This document shows, piece after piece, positions 12,050 to 23,344 of a stretch of 47,959 nucleotides of DNA (the first letter of the stretch is position 1; every line of letters begins with the position of its first letter). The position numbers and the translations under genes are program-made. Source of the stretch: Vicugna vicugna (lineage: Eukaryota); assembly GCA_013265495.1 (NCBI GenBank), contig MU058781.1, positions 5,225,091 to 5,273,049 on the forward strand, written 5' to 3'. The notes under the pieces were generated by a model. That model was not told the origin of the DNA and ran no database searches. It saw only the letters and a list, made by a program, of their open reading frames with translations.

Positions 12050-12750
12050 TGCTATATAATAAAGAATTTGGCTTGCCTTTGTCCTGGGTTCCCTGGAATT
12101 ATCCACCTGATAGGAGTGTCCTTGTTATTCACGGTGTGCACTGATAATTATGCTAAAGAGGTGACTCATCGTGGGCCCCTAGATAGCTTAAGCTAATGAG
12201 GTGACTCAGGATGGGGGCCACCCAGGCCGTAAAGATCAACCATGTGATTAGAGGGTTGGAGCTTGGAGCCCTGTGATATCAGCCTAATCTCCTGACCTTG
12301 GGAGGGGAAGAGGGTCTGTAGACTGGAGTTTAATCATGTGGCCAATGATTCAATCAATCATGTCTACTACTGAAGCTTGGTGGAACTTTCTGGCTGGTGT
12401 ACACATCAATGTGCTGGGAAGATGACATGTCTGAATTTCATGGGGAGAGGGCACACATGCTCTGTGTTCAGGACCCTCTAGACCTCCCTCTATGTGTTTC
12501 TTCATTTGGCTTGTTAGATCTGTATCCTTCATATGTATAATCATAAATATAGTGCTTTCCAGAGTCCTGTGAGTCCTTTTAGTGAATTATCAAACATGAG
12601 GGTTTGGGGAACCCCCTACATGTGTAACCAACTGGTCAGAAGTGCAGGTGACCTGGGGACCCCTGAACTTGCAGCAGTCCTGTGGAGACTGAGCCCTTAA
12701 CTCGCGGCGCCTGCTCTAACTCCAGGTGGTCAGCATCAGAACTGCCGTAA
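12050..12750 (+). mobile_element. MER21-type solo LTR
   Basis: Starts TG; tttgtcctgggttccctgg, aaagatcaaccatgtgattagagggttgg, ccaatgattcaatcaatcatg and ctaactccaggtggtcagcatcagaa match recalled MER21. Confidence 0.8.
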
Positions 12751-13420
12751 GGCAAGGATCTGCCAACAGCATGGATGAGTGGGAATTCTAGGTGCGCTAA
12801 GGGTGGGAACTTGAGAATCGGGAGCTTAGAAGAAAATATCAAGAAGTAAGTGAAGGCGCAAGTATAGACAACTGCTTTGGGGTATTTTGTTGGGAAGGGG
12901 AACAGAAAAATGGGATGGCTGAAGCATACTGAACTCCTCTAAAATGTTCATTCTTGCTTTATAAAGGGATAAAATTCTAGACAAGCATCCATAAGAACTG
13001 TTTTGGAAGAGCAGGTATGTATTGTGTGGTCCTGATGCACAAGTCATAAGGAAAGATAGTAACCCATGAGGAAAAGCAGAGAAGTAATATTGGAAGAGGC
13101 CCAGGAGGTGGGGTATTTGAATGGCACAGGTGATCTGAGAACACAGAAAGTAGAGGCACAGGGCAGGGGAAAGGAGTAGGAAGGAAAAGATCAAAGTAGA
13201 GGGTAGGGAGTGAGGGGGTGGGGGGAGGAGGTCAGGGTAGTGGAAATGCTGGGCCACCACCGTGGCTCTGAGGAACTCCAAGCAAACAGAAAAGCTTCAG
13301 CAAAAGAATCAATTTGCCAATGGATCATCTGGGCTTCTCAGCTTTAACTGGCTGTGGGGTGACCAAGAGCTGGCGATTTGTACCAGGTGGGCCATGAGTC
13401 TATGTCTTTCTCTTAGTATT

Positions 13421-13477
13421 CCCAGCACAGTGCTTGGCCTGGAGTGGCTATTCAATAAATGCATGTTGAATGAATGA
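13421..13477 (+). mobile_element. L2 3' tail
   Basis: cagcacagtgcttggc...ttcaataaatgcatgttgaatgaatgaa. Confidence 0.8.
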
Positions 13478-13739
13478 AGCTTTATCATACTACCTACTCT
13501 GTCTAATCTGAGCCCCCAATTCCCACCCCCCTCCATGTGCTTAGCTTGTCTATGTATGAATCTAACTAACAGGATGATTTCTAATGGGTGGGGAAAGTGC
13601 TACTAAGCTGCACTGGATGGTCGCCTGCTGGGAACTTTTGAAAAGTAATTCCTGAGTAGAGATAACTCCTCAAGTCCTTGCCAACATAAGAATCTCTGGT
13701 TCCGTGGTCTCCAGAGAGGCCAAGAGAAACAATGATGGT

Positions 13740-13945
13740 GGTAATCATTAGAATGTCAATAATAACATGCACAGCCTGACTATGAGCTGGGCACTGGGGT
13801 AAACCATCAGCCTGTGTTCTTTCATTTAATAATACCTATGATGTAGGTGCCCTGAGTATATCCATTTTACAGGTTAGGAAACTGAGGTATTGAAAGAACA
13901 AGTGACCTGCTCAAAGTTGTCCTGCTCTGGTGGTAGAGCTCTGAC
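13740..13945 (-). mobile_element. MIR SINE fragment
   Basis: ccattttacaggttaggaaactgaggtattgaaagaacaagtgacctgctcaaag. Confidence 0.85.
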
Positions 13946-13969
13946 ATGAAGTGTGCCTTGACTACTGGG

Positions 13970-14150
13970 CCAGTGGTTCCCACATTTGTCTGCACACTGG
14001 AATCACCTAGGGAGCTTTGAAAACACCCCCAAATTCCTAGGTTATATTCCAGATCAATGAAATTAGGGTATCTTGATGATAACCGGGCATCCATATTGTT
14101 AAAAGATCCCCAACTGCTTCTGCTGTGCAGCAAAGTTTGAGAATCATTTA
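13970..14150. mobile_element. MER5A-like DNA transposon fossil
   Basis: cagtggttcccacatttgtctgcacactggaatcacctagggagcttt...gcagcaaagtttgagaatc. Confidence 0.85.
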
Positions 14151-15240
14151 CTAGGCTATATTGACTCTCAGAAGAGACCAAGTGCTGGGCCATCAAGTAT
14201 AGGGGAGAACGTTCACCCCTTCCTGCTCCCCCAGGTACAGCAGGGCATCATCCCAGGTGGGAGCCATCCTGGGTGGAGAGGATGGCATTCCGGAGGCTAG
14301 GGTGACAGGTTTCCCGTTGAGATTCAAGTTCTCATCCCTACCCCACAGACTCAGGGGAGGGCGAGCTGAAATATTACAGAAGACAGAATGAAATTGATGT
14401 AAGACATATTATTATTGTTATTTTTGTCATCATTGTACAATTTAGATCAGCCAGAACAGTTGTGTTCATTTTAATAAGCTAATGAGTATTGGAGGAGAGC
14501 CTCCCCCAGTGATTCATGGTGATGCATTACATTAAATGTTAACTGCCAAGACCAGAAAGTTAAAAAAAAAAAAAAAGACACCACCCACACGTTCCCTGTA
14601 ATCTCCCCTGGAGGGAAATTCCTCAGCCTGGAGCTGGATATTCCTGCTGAACATTTAGCCTATAAATTCACCCTTGTCATTTACAGAGAGTCCAGCGGCA
14701 GAGACCATAAATGACTCTCCCTTTCCAACTGTGTGCACGTGGAGGAATTTGAAGAATAGGGCCTGTCTCGAGTTTGTGGTGCAGCAAGGCCGGGCCATCG
14801 ATTACAGCCAATAAAATGCAGCAGACAGCTCGAGGGGTGTGGAAGCCACAAGGCAGTTGGCACCACCTGCAGTATTTCAGGGCTCTGAGTACAGAATGGC
14901 TTTGGAGTGAGGGTGAGAGGTTACATGCTAGATGATCTAGGGCATAAAAATAATGGATTGTTTGCAGAAAGCACATGATATCCAAACTCAAGGGCAAGGC
15001 AGGGACTGTAGAGGTGATTCTGCCTGTCATAGAACAGCCTGATCTCTTCCTGTCCTCGTACGTTGTATTTGCCTGCTGTTATACTGGCGCAGTGGTTACA
15101 TTTTATGTTTCTAGAACCTTCTCTGGTAGGGTTAAGAATGGAAACCAGGATGAGGGGTAGGTGTGGAGTATAAGGGGTATCTATGTGGTAGGGCAGACCT
15201 GCCTTTTAGGGTAAAGGAGGGGGTTTACCTATTAGCATCT

Positions 15241-15859
15241 CTGTTAGCTTCCTGTTGTTGTGGAAGAAACTACCACATATTTAGCAGCTTAAAACAATAA
15301 CCATTCATTAACTCCCAGTTCTGTAGGTCAGAAGTTTGGGTGTAGCATGTCTGGGTTCTTTGTTCAGGATTTCAGCAAGGCTGAAATCAAGATGTTGGTT
15401 GGGCTGTGGTCTCATCAGGAGGCTTGACTAAGGAAGAATCTGCTTCCAAAGCTCATTCAGGTTGTTGGCAGAGTTCTGTCCCTTGTATTTGTAGGACTGA
15501 GGTCCTGTTTCCTTGCTGGCTCTCAGTCAGTGGCCACCTGCATTTCTTGCCTTGTGGTCTCCTCCATCTCCAAAGCCAGGCATGGAGAATGTTCTTCATG
15601 ATTAAAATCTCGCTTGCCAAGAATAGTCCTATCATGTTGAAGGGTTCACCTGATTAGGTCAGGCCCACCTGATTAGGTCAGACCCACCAAAGATAATCTT
15701 CCTTTCCTAGGCTCAGCTGACTTGGGATTTTATTTACATCTGCAAAATCCCTTCACAGCAGCACTTAGATTAGTGTCTGATTGAATAACTGGGAGGAGGA
15801 GTGTGTACCCCAGGCCACAGGGGACTCTTGGAGGCCATCTTAGAATTCTGCCTACAACA
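15241..15859 (-). mobile_element. MaLR solo LTR (MLT1E/F-like)
   Basis: cagcttaaaacaataaccatt...cagttctgtaggtcagaag...catctgcaaaatcccttcacagc...ccatcttagaattctgcctacaaca. Confidence 0.9.
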
Positions 15860-16392
15860 GCATTTCTCAGGTCAAGTTCTGAAAGCATGCTAGTGAGCAC
15901 AAGCTGAGTGTGGGCCCAACAGCTGGGCCAGTTCTCAGCACTGCCACATCCCTGAGGCTTCCTCCTCCATGATCCTTGGCCATTACAATGCTTGGTCTAT
16001 GGGGATGGTCTTGGAATTGGCAATAAAATCTTCACACAGTGTATATTTATTTTCTGCATGGCTTATGGAAATGTTCACCTTAGCTCATTAAGGAGATCTA
16101 AGGCTGAACTTTCCAACCAATTTACTGCAGGACAATTAGTGAGGGAGAAGAGCTTTCTGAGATGAGACAAAGACAGAGTTGACTGAGAGATGTGGAGTGT
16201 GGACTTTGACACAGAATGTGATGTGAGTGATGTTAAAGGCCACATCAGAGTTTTGTGGGGAAGAGGTACAAAGACAAAAAGGGGTGATTGGAAAGAGGAC
16301 GAAAGAGGAGAAGAGAATAGAAGGGGCTCCAAGACAAACCCAATGTGGAAATTCTGAGCACAGAGTGAAGATTATTGGTACAAGCATATTTA

Positions 16393-16550
16393 CTTTTTTT
16401 GTTGTTGTTGTTCATTCATTTAACTTATTTTTTTTCAGGGGGAGGTAATTAGGTTTACTTATTTATTTCTTTAATGGAGGTACTGGGGATTGAACCCAGG
16501 ACCTTGTGCACACTAGGCATGCACTCTACCACTGAGCTATACCCTCCCCC
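16393..16550 (-). mobile_element. tRNA-Ala-derived SINE (Vic-1-like) inserted into an L2 tail
   Basis: A and B boxes intact; exact 11-bp duplication aagcatattta at 16382-16392 and 16554-16564. Confidence 0.95.
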
Positions 16551-16553
16551 TAA

Positions 16554-16650
16554 AAGCATATTTATTAAACGCTGGCCACTTGACTAGATGCTGGGGTTGA
16601 ATGTGCTCCCTCCCCTCAAGGAGCTCACGTTAGTGGGAGAAGCCAGGACA
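16554..16650 (-). mobile_element. L2 3' fragment (host of the SINE)
   Basis: atttattaaac...ctccctcccctcaaggagctcacgttagtgggaga resembles an antisense L2 tail. Confidence 0.6.
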
Positions 16651-17089
16651 AGGGCTGGTAGACTTGACGTCCAGGGGTAAAAGCCATGAGGGTACACACG
16701 GGAGTTAGCTTCTGTGAAGGAGATCTACTGGAAGGGTACAGAAGAGTTTTCTAGAAATAAGCACAGAAACTCAACCAAGCCTCATGAGAACAGAGAATGT
16801 GCCAGGCAGTCTCCCCACTCCAGTCTCTTATTTCAAGCTCAACGTCTTCAAATAAACTCATCATCTCTCTTGAAAACTCCTGCATCCGTGTTGCCCGGTG
16901 CCCTGAGAATCGTTGTTTCATACATTTTGTCTGGCCTTTTAAGTTGTTTCAGGCAGGAGGGTTAATCTAGTTCCTCTAAAACCACCTTGAGGTAGAAGAA
17001 GGAAGGAAAAAAAAAGCACAAGGCACGCACCTAACTCCACCCGTGTGTTAGGAAATCCCACGCTGAGTCTTGGAGGGAGACTAGAACAA

Positions 17090-17194
17090 TTTTTCTTTTT
17101 TTTTCCCTCCCCTTAACGGAGGCACTGGGGGTCGAATCCAGGACCTCGAGCATGCCAAGCACATGCTCCACCACTGAGCTACACCCCCCACCCC
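17090..17194 (-). mobile_element. tRNA-Ala-derived SINE, short form lacking the CCTAATTACC segment
   Basis: Minus strand GGGGGTGTAGCTCAGTGGTGGAGC...GGATTCGACCCCCAGTGCCTCC followed by an A-rich tail. Confidence 0.9.
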
Positions 17195-17489
17195 TTATCT
17201 TTCCATTTTCAAGACACGTGTGCCTCACAGATAATGAGAACACCTGTCCCAGTGCCGGACTCATAGGAAGCACTCAAGAAATATTAAGAATGACCATCAT
17301 CATCGTCTCACATCATGCTGCCCCACCTCCTCCATGTACATTCTTAGAATTTTGGATCTGGAAGGGGTGGAGAGATGATCAGGTCTGATCTCCTTGTTGT
17401 CAGGTGCAAGGTGAAGTGACCAGCCAAAGGCACTAGGTTTGCTCATCATCAGAGTGCTCGGCATCCTGTTTCCCATTCTGGGCGCCTCT

Positions 17490-17660
17490 GTAGTGGTTCT
17501 CAAACTTGAGTGTGCATCAGCACGTGGAGAGCTTGATAAAACAGATTGCGGGGTACCACCCCTACAGGCCCAGATTGTTCAGTTGTCCTGAGAATGTGCA
17601 TTTTTAACGAGGTTCCCAGGGATACTAATGCCTCTGGGTCCTTTGAAACCACCACTCTGC
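17490..17660. mobile_element. MER5A-like DNA transposon fossil
   Basis: gtagtggttctcaaacttgagtgtgcatcag...gagaatgtgcatttttaacgaggttcccagg. Confidence 0.88.
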
Positions 17661-18799
17661 AGCATGGTCTCATTCACCTCTGTGGATGGTGCTTGCAAAG
17701 TGTTAATGAAACATCAGATGGCTGGTAATTTTACAATGAACACGTTGATGAATTTGACCTTGGAGGCAACTTGCTATAGTGAAGAATGGCTACCCAGAGG
17801 AAAGGGCCTGAAATTGTCTGCCAAGACGGTGAGCAGTGAAGATTTTTAGGAAGGTTATGATCAAGAAGGAAGCCATTTGCCTGCCTGCGACCTCCTGTAT
17901 CCCTATGTTGGTGACAGAGCAAAAGATAAAGCACTCAGCATTACCCAAAGTGACTGGGAAGTGATTAATACCCACAGCTCCTCGGGCAGAAAGGTGGGCA
18001 TGCAAGATGCAATTAAGATGATAAAGTACCCCAAGAGGCAGGGCTGAGCAGCAACCTGGGGGCGCTAAGGTGTCAAGGAGGAGAGCTACTGCCTCCTATT
18101 GCTCTGCAGAGACTGCTTGTGAGATACAGAGATGGGGTTCATGATTCTGCCAGGCTCATCAGGACAGGGAAGAAAGGTAATTGGAAAGGTTATTTTCAAG
18201 ACGTGGGTGTTTCTTTGTCTCCCTCCCTGGAAGGATGGAAGCTCCAGCAGTCACCAATAACGGTGTTGATGAGAATTTCAATGGGTGGTGGGTGGAAAGA
18301 GCGATTGTGATTTGGTTTAAATTCAGACTGTGTCTGGCCGGACTAGTAATTGATAGAGGGAAGTAAATGACCCAAAAGAGGTACTCAGCATGATTCATAA
18401 GCCTTGTGTGAAATTCTCAGGCAGCACAGGTTATATACACAGGGCCAGCTGCCGTGCAGGAGAAAATCATTCCTAGTGCCGCTTCGCCTCCCCTCTCTGC
18501 ACTCCTGCTATTCTGGACACCCTGACCTCTTTCCGGGGCCAGGTAGATGCTCCTGTGCACCATAAAAATTCTCATTCCTTCAGCAAACTACTGTAAAATA
18601 AATGAACTAGATTCACACCAAATGACCAAATGGTGATTTCATGCATCTACTTAGGTCAATGGCTTAACTCTAATGAGTAACCTTGTCACACTGGAAGGGA
18701 AGCAGCGAGGGGGAGAAGGTAGTGCCGGGCGCAGGTGTCCGACTGTCCACTCAGCCCTTCTGCATAGAGCACCTCGCTTTACATAAGGCTAAATCTGAA

Positions 18800-19560
18800 C
18801 TTCCCTCACTGCAGTACGTTCCTCTTTTAGTCTTCTCCACTGCAGTCTATTGGCAAATCCCCTAAGTCTACCTTCAGTGAAGCCATCCTTAATTCAACCA
18901 CCTCTTACCTCTCACCTCCACGTTTACACCTCAGCCCGGGCCACTAACATCTCTTGTTTCAAATATGGCAGCCTCCCCACTGGACTCTCTGCTTAAATTT
19001 ACTTTCCCTTCAGGCAGCTGTGCACAGGGCAGCTGCAGTAACTGTTTGGAAAAAGAAAAATCAGATTATGCTGCTTTCTCTGACCTCAACCCTCCAAGGC
19101 CTTCCCCTAAAAATTGGCCCCGAAATCCAGTGTTCTTACACCTCTCAGGCCCTCCCTGCGCCGGCCGCTGCCCATCTCTTCTCTCTCATGGACTCACCCT
19201 GCTGTGGTGACACTGTCGCTTCCTGATCCTTGAACACCCCTGTTTCCATCCCAGAGACTTGGCACTTGTTTTCTCCCTTGAACGGGATCTTTGTACGGCC
19301 TACTCCCTCATTTCTTTCATGTCTGCCAGATGTCACCTCTACAGAGAGAACTTCCCCGACCATCCCACTGACCACCACCCCTGAACTCTCTGCCCTTTCC
19401 ACACCTCTATGTTCTCCTATGGGGTTTTGAACACTGGCCTGCTGGTGTATTTCCTGTCTGTTTCCCTCTTAGAATGTAAGCTCTTTGAGGGCAGCCACTA
19501 TGTCTCGTTCATGGCTGTAGCACATATGAGCATAATGCCTGGCACATAGTAGGTACCCCA
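18800..19560 (+). mobile_element. L2 3' region
   Basis: tagaatgtaagctctttgagggcag...tgcctggcacatagtagg and upstream pyrimidine-rich L2 body. Confidence 0.8.
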
Positions 19561-19649
19561 GAGCATCTGCTGGAGGATCAGGCACCTGGTAGGCAGGGGC
19601 TCGTGGTTGTGTGCGTGTTGGCTCATCTGTACGAGCCACAGCTCTGCAA

Positions 19650-19740
19650 GGCAGGCACCATTTTACACTCAAAGAAATGGAAGCTCAGAGAGGCTATGTA
19701 ACCTTTCCAGGATGATGCCATTGGGAAATGGGCAAGAGGG
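19650..19740 (-). mobile_element. MIR fragment
   Basis: ccattttacactcaaagaaatggaagctcagagaggctatgtaacctttccagg. Confidence 0.7.
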
Positions 19741-19839
19741 ACCTGCCCTTCGGTCCTTCTGGGGTCCCCTGACAGATTAATGAGTCAGATTTTCAGGGCA
19801 AGTGAGCCCTCCCAGCACATGTCTAATGATGGCATTGGC

Positions 19840-20075
19840 AGGAATAACAACTAGCCCTCACCAAGTGCGTGCACTGTGTCAAGCACTGTTTATTTTCTTG
19901 TTTAACCTTCCTAGTGACCCTGTGAAGGGGTGCTTATCATTATTCCCATTTTGGAAAAAGAGGAAACAGGAAGCATAGACAAGTTTAGGAACTTTCCCAA
20001 GGTCGTTTGGCCAGTAAATGGTGGAGGAGGAACTTGAACAGGCGGTTGGACTCCAGAGCCCTCACACACGACCTC
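19840..20075 (-). mobile_element. MIR fragment
   Basis: attattcccattttggaaaaagaggaaacaggaagcatagacaagtttaggaactttcccaaggtc. Confidence 0.75.
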
Positions 20076-20669
20076 TGTTCTGCCTGCTGCAGTCACCGCC
20101 CCCCACCATGCTGGCTTCCCCACCACAGGCCTGTGCACACACAATTTCCCCATCCCTCATCCCCTGTCCTTCCCCGTGAGGGCTGAGACTTTGTCTTCTC
20201 CTTCCTTGTAGCTGAAGGATCTAGAAGAGTGTCAGGCACTGAGTGAAAAGTGATGGAGTTTGAATAAATGAAGGAAGCAGTGAAAGTTTCAATAGGGATT
20301 TTTTTCTATCATCGAATTGTTTTAAATTTCCAGTTTGAGCCAGTAAATCTTTAACAAATGTTGTTACCACGAATGCCTGATGTTAAAGAGCGGGCCTGTA
20401 AGTTTTTGACTAGAGAAGCACTGAACAGGTGCTTGTGTTTATAAGAAGGGAAAGACTTTCTGTTATCTAGAACTCTTTCGCTTTGTTCTTTCTAATATAT
20501 TTTAGAATCTGGAAAGGACAGAGCATTAATGAGGGCCAGTGGAGCAGATGCGGGGCTGGAACAAACAGAAAATTGCATGCATTTGCCTAGATACAGCATG
20601 TGCAAATGTATGTGAGTGTGTACACAAATGCCTGTGAACAGTGTTGATACATAAGTGCGTGTTGTGTGT

Positions 20670-21320
20670 GTGTACTATTACTCAGGCCTAGTCAGGAAAC
20701 AGAATCCATACGAGTTACTTTAACAGAGAGAATTTACTATAGGGAATTGATTAAACAGCTGTTGAAGGACCAAAAAAAAAAAAAAAAAACCCCAAAAGGG
20801 AGCACTGATGTAACAAAATTAGCACAAAGAGAGTCACTACAGGAAGCAGCTGGAGCCTCTAGGGCTGGGAGAAGGAAGGGGTGAGATTAGGGTCTCTGAA
20901 CCCAGAAGCTTGTTTGGGGACCCACATGGGTGACAGACATCTGAGGAGGGCACTGCCTGACCGCTACTGGTACCCCAGGAGCTTGGAGGAGGAGCCCCTG
21001 GAGCAGGGAGATGGTAGGGGGGTGTGGGTTCTGTGAGCCAGGTTCCACAGTGAAAAGAAGTTGGCAATTGGAACTACCTACGACCAGAACTGACCTGTGG
21101 GTGCCCTGAGAGTGGGTTCCTGGGGGTTCCTGGGGGAGGGTGCATGGAGGAACAGCAGCAGGTCCCTTCTTCCTCCCCTGCTTCTGATCTTCACCCTGTG
21201 CCTCTGACTGCTGACGCCAAATAGGGAGGTTAAGGACAAACAGTCTCACCCCAGTATCACTGAGCAAATTGTGGAAGGGAGTTTAGTGCTGAGCAAGAAC
21301 ACTTAGGAACAGAGAGACAA
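20670..21320 (-). mobile_element. Probable old ERVL-class LTR (LTR16/LTR33-like)
   Basis: Begins tgtactattactcaggcctagtcaggaaacagaa; ends cttctgatcttcaccctgtgcctctgactg; recalled style only. Confidence 0.45.
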
Positions 21321-21591
21321 AGGTCTTTTCCCATGGCCATTACCCTGCATACCCTCTGCAGGAGAGTTAACACTTATTTGGACCTAAGTTCAAATAAATG
21401 CTTATCACCAACCTCTCTTGAAGGTTCTGCATCAAAGAATAGCTTCCCCTGCTTCAGTCCACAGAAGATGTGTCTTTTCACTGCTCTCAAAAATATGATA
21501 ACTCTTAGTTAAATAACATAGCTAACGTGTATTGATCACTGTCTTCCAGGTACGTAACATTTACAAATCTTCATTTATCATCTTCATTAAA

Positions 21592-21811
21592 CTAGTTAAC
21601 ATCCATCACCACACATTTTTTTCTTTGTGATGAGAACTCTTAAGATCTACTCTCTTAGCAACTTTTAAATATACACTACAGTGTTACTAATTAGGCTTAC
21701 TGTGGTGATCATTTCACAATATACACAAATAGCAAATCATTATGCTGCACACCTGAAACTAATATAATGTTATGTGTCCATCGTATCTCAATAAAAATTT
21801 TCAATAAAAAA
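21592..21811 (+). mobile_element. L1 3'UTR with 5' inversion (inverted 21592-21693, direct 21694-21811)
   Basis: Antisense gagaactcttaagatctactctcttagcaac followed by sense tgtggtgatcatttcacaatatacac...cacctgaaactaatataatg...ctcaataaaa. Confidence 0.85.
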
Positions 21812-22059
21812 GACAATAAGCCTTATTATCAGTCAGATTCCTATCAGAGCCATTTAAACTAATACTGCTTTTCTTTGTTCTCGAACACTTAACTGTTCTG
21901 TATATTATTGGTTGGCCCCAGTGTAACTATGAGAACTACTTGGAGAGAGGACACGTACTTCGGAGGTTTTCAGAGATTCCCCAGACCGCATGTACCAGAA
22001 CCATCTAGAGGGCTTGTTCTAGAGGGTACTGAACCAGACATTCTGAAAAACAAACAAGC

Positions 22060-22180
22060 TCACTCAAGTGTGTAATACTTTTATCTCCAACTTATGGATA
22101 AGAAACTGAGGCACATAGGAATTAAGCAATTGATCCAATTTTATAAATTTATATGTGACTAAGTTCTGGGACCTACCTGT
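22060..22180 (-). mobile_element. MIR fragment
   Basis: gataagaaactgaggcacataggaattaagcaattg. Confidence 0.8.
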
Positions 22181-22259
22181 GCTCATATCTTTTCTACTTT
22201 ATTGCATCTAATCACTTAGTGACTAGATCTCTAGAATGGGGCTCAGCTGGCTTAGGCCC

Positions 22260-22525
22260 TAGGCCAGGGTCGTGGTTAGAACGGGTACTTTAGAGCCAGA
22301 GGAAGCTGCTTTTAAGTTTAAGCTGTGGTTCTTGCTACATGATAAGAGTGGCAATGGACAAATGTATCAACCTTACTAAGCCTTAGTTCCCTCATCTTGA
22401 ACATGGGGGTAAAGCTAGTATTTGCCACAGAAGTGATTTTTAAGGATTAAATGAGCTAATTCATATAAATCACTTAGTATCATTTGTTGCACACAAGTGA
22501 TAATAACAGATAGCTATTTAAAAAG
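22260..22525 (+). mobile_element. MIR
   Basis: ccttagttccctcatcttgaacatgggg...aggattaaatgagctaat. Confidence 0.8.
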
Positions 22526-22881
22526 TTGTCCTCATTATTTTCCAGAGTAAAATCAGGAAATCCTTTGTGTTTCAGTTGCAGAACCTGAGAAAGGTGGTGG
22601 TGAGTGGTCCACTTCTAAGCGAGACTGTTAGCCAAGTTTTGGCACATTGAGTAGCTCCACAGGCCCCCATGATCTTGGAGGAGCTGGAGGGTGAAGCCAC
22701 CTGCAGAGGCAGGAAGGGCAGCAGTGGGAGCAGCAGCAGCTGAAGGGTGGGTATCTGCGGCAGGTCAGATTTGGAAGACGTAGAGGGGCATGACCCGGTC
22801 AAGACACAGGACATGGCTCCACCATCTTTTGCTTGACACCTGGGAAGACATTTCACTGAACTCCATCCCCAGTATCCTGCC

Positions 22882-23344
22882 TGGGGTAGGCTGAACGTTG
22901 GTGTCAAAATTCCCAGAATTTGTGAGTTTATTACCTCACATGGTTAAAGGGACTTGCTGATGTGATCAAGTTAAGGATCTTGAGAAGAAAGTCTCAGATT
23001 ATCTGGGGTTGGGTGGTGGCGGGTAGGTAATGTAATCACAAATCTCCTTTCAAGAGGAGGCAGAGATCAGAGAGGGAGAAGGCAATGTGGTGATGGAGCC
23101 AGAGACTGGAGTGATGGGGCCACAAGGCAAGGAGCGCAGACAGCCTTTAGGAAGCGGAAGAGGCGACGGCAGGGTTTCGCTTCCTGGAGCTCTTAGAAGA
23201 AAACAGCCCTGCCAACACCTTGATTTTAGCTCCAGTAGACTCATTTTGGACTTGTGATCTCTGGAACTATAACAGAATAAATCTGTGTTGTTTTAAGCCA
23301 CTACATTTGTGGCCTTTGTCCCAGCCACCACAGGAGACTATACT
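22882..23344 (+). mobile_element. MaLR solo LTR (MLT1D-like)
   Basis: acagccctgccaacaccttgattttagc...gaataaatctgtgttgttttaagccact. Confidence 0.92.

Larger units (their letters stand above)
11410..13250 (-). mobile_element. L2 LINE fragment, split by an L1 and a MER21 insertion
   Basis: aagaaggaggtg | tgatcaactgt...gcaacgtggagg | gcaagtatagacaactgcttt are collinear with recalled antisense L2 consensus. Confidence 0.65.

Noticed and set aside
17117-17188. Functional tRNA-Ala gene
   Set aside because: Mismatches in the anticodon and T stems, and an A-rich tail follows; it is a SINE head. The same applies to the other three copies
17519-17534. REST/NRSE-like TCAGCACGTGGAGAGC
   Set aside because: Wrong half-site spacing and lies in a MER5A fossil
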